Of a stretch of DNA of 64,000 nt, positions 63,807-64,000 are shown piece by piece. The position numbers were made by a program, and so were the translations under genes. Positions within the stretch are counted from its first letter, which is position 1. Each line of letters begins with the position of its first letter. Below the pieces are notes generated by a model, which saw only the letters and a program-made list of their open reading frames with translations, was not told the DNA's origin and did not search any database. The DNA is from Saccostrea cucullata (taxonomy: Eukaryota), in contig NW_026927731.1 in assembly GCF_032062105.1 (NCBI RefSeq), positions 1 to 64,000 of the forward strand, read 5' to 3'.

Positions 63807-64000
63807 TACCATAAATCTGGAAATTTTTCCTGTGATAGATTTTTAGCAAATTTGCAGGTTCACTGCATTCGCAAAAATGTTTTTCTTAAAAATAATTCAA
63901 CAATAAGAAAATGTAAACAAAGTAGTGGTCATTCGCAAAATTTTAAAACCTAAAAATTAATTAACACCAGATTCGCAAAATAAATCGACGCAAAAATTTC
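63807..64000. mobile_element. MITE truncated by the window end
   Basis: Starts taccataaatctggaaattttt; the window ends aaaaatttc, the reverse complement of gaaattttt at 63820-63828. Three internal attcgcaaaa repeats. Confidence 0.6.

Overview
This is AT-rich eukaryotic genomic DNA, very probably an oyster or another bivalve; the taxon is inferred only from repeat architecture. The core is a tail-to-tail pair of paralogous 7-cadherin-repeat (delta1-like) protocadherin genes. Gene A is on the + strand (coding exons 26695-29379, 30392-30538, 33417-33567, 33836-34332; ~1159 aa). Gene B is on the - strand (coding exons 46792-44057, 42214-42068, 40595-40461; ~1005 aa as assembled). In both, one large exon encodes the ectodomain and TM segment, followed by a 147-nt exon with a shared NRMxS motif and then a CM1 (DSGRGGS) exon. 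Only gene A has the WIRS/TTTSGSY/PDZ tail. Gene B stops early, and a 1-nt indel would restore the phase-1 junction seen in gene A. CpG depletion outlines both transcription units, placing the gene A promoter near 8.5 kb and the gene B promoter probably beyond the window end. Mobile DNA includes a young 1.7-kb non-autonomous LTR element (TATCAC..GTGATA ends, tRNA-Ala PBS, odd junctions), a 160-bp palindromic element with 6-bp flanking repeats, a 1.3-kb CACTA/EnSpm-type element, a 1.9-kb Helentron-type element carrying a 168-bp satellite array, SINE fragments and a MITE cut by the window end. All exon calls were made by eye from splice signals and reading frame; no database searches were possible.
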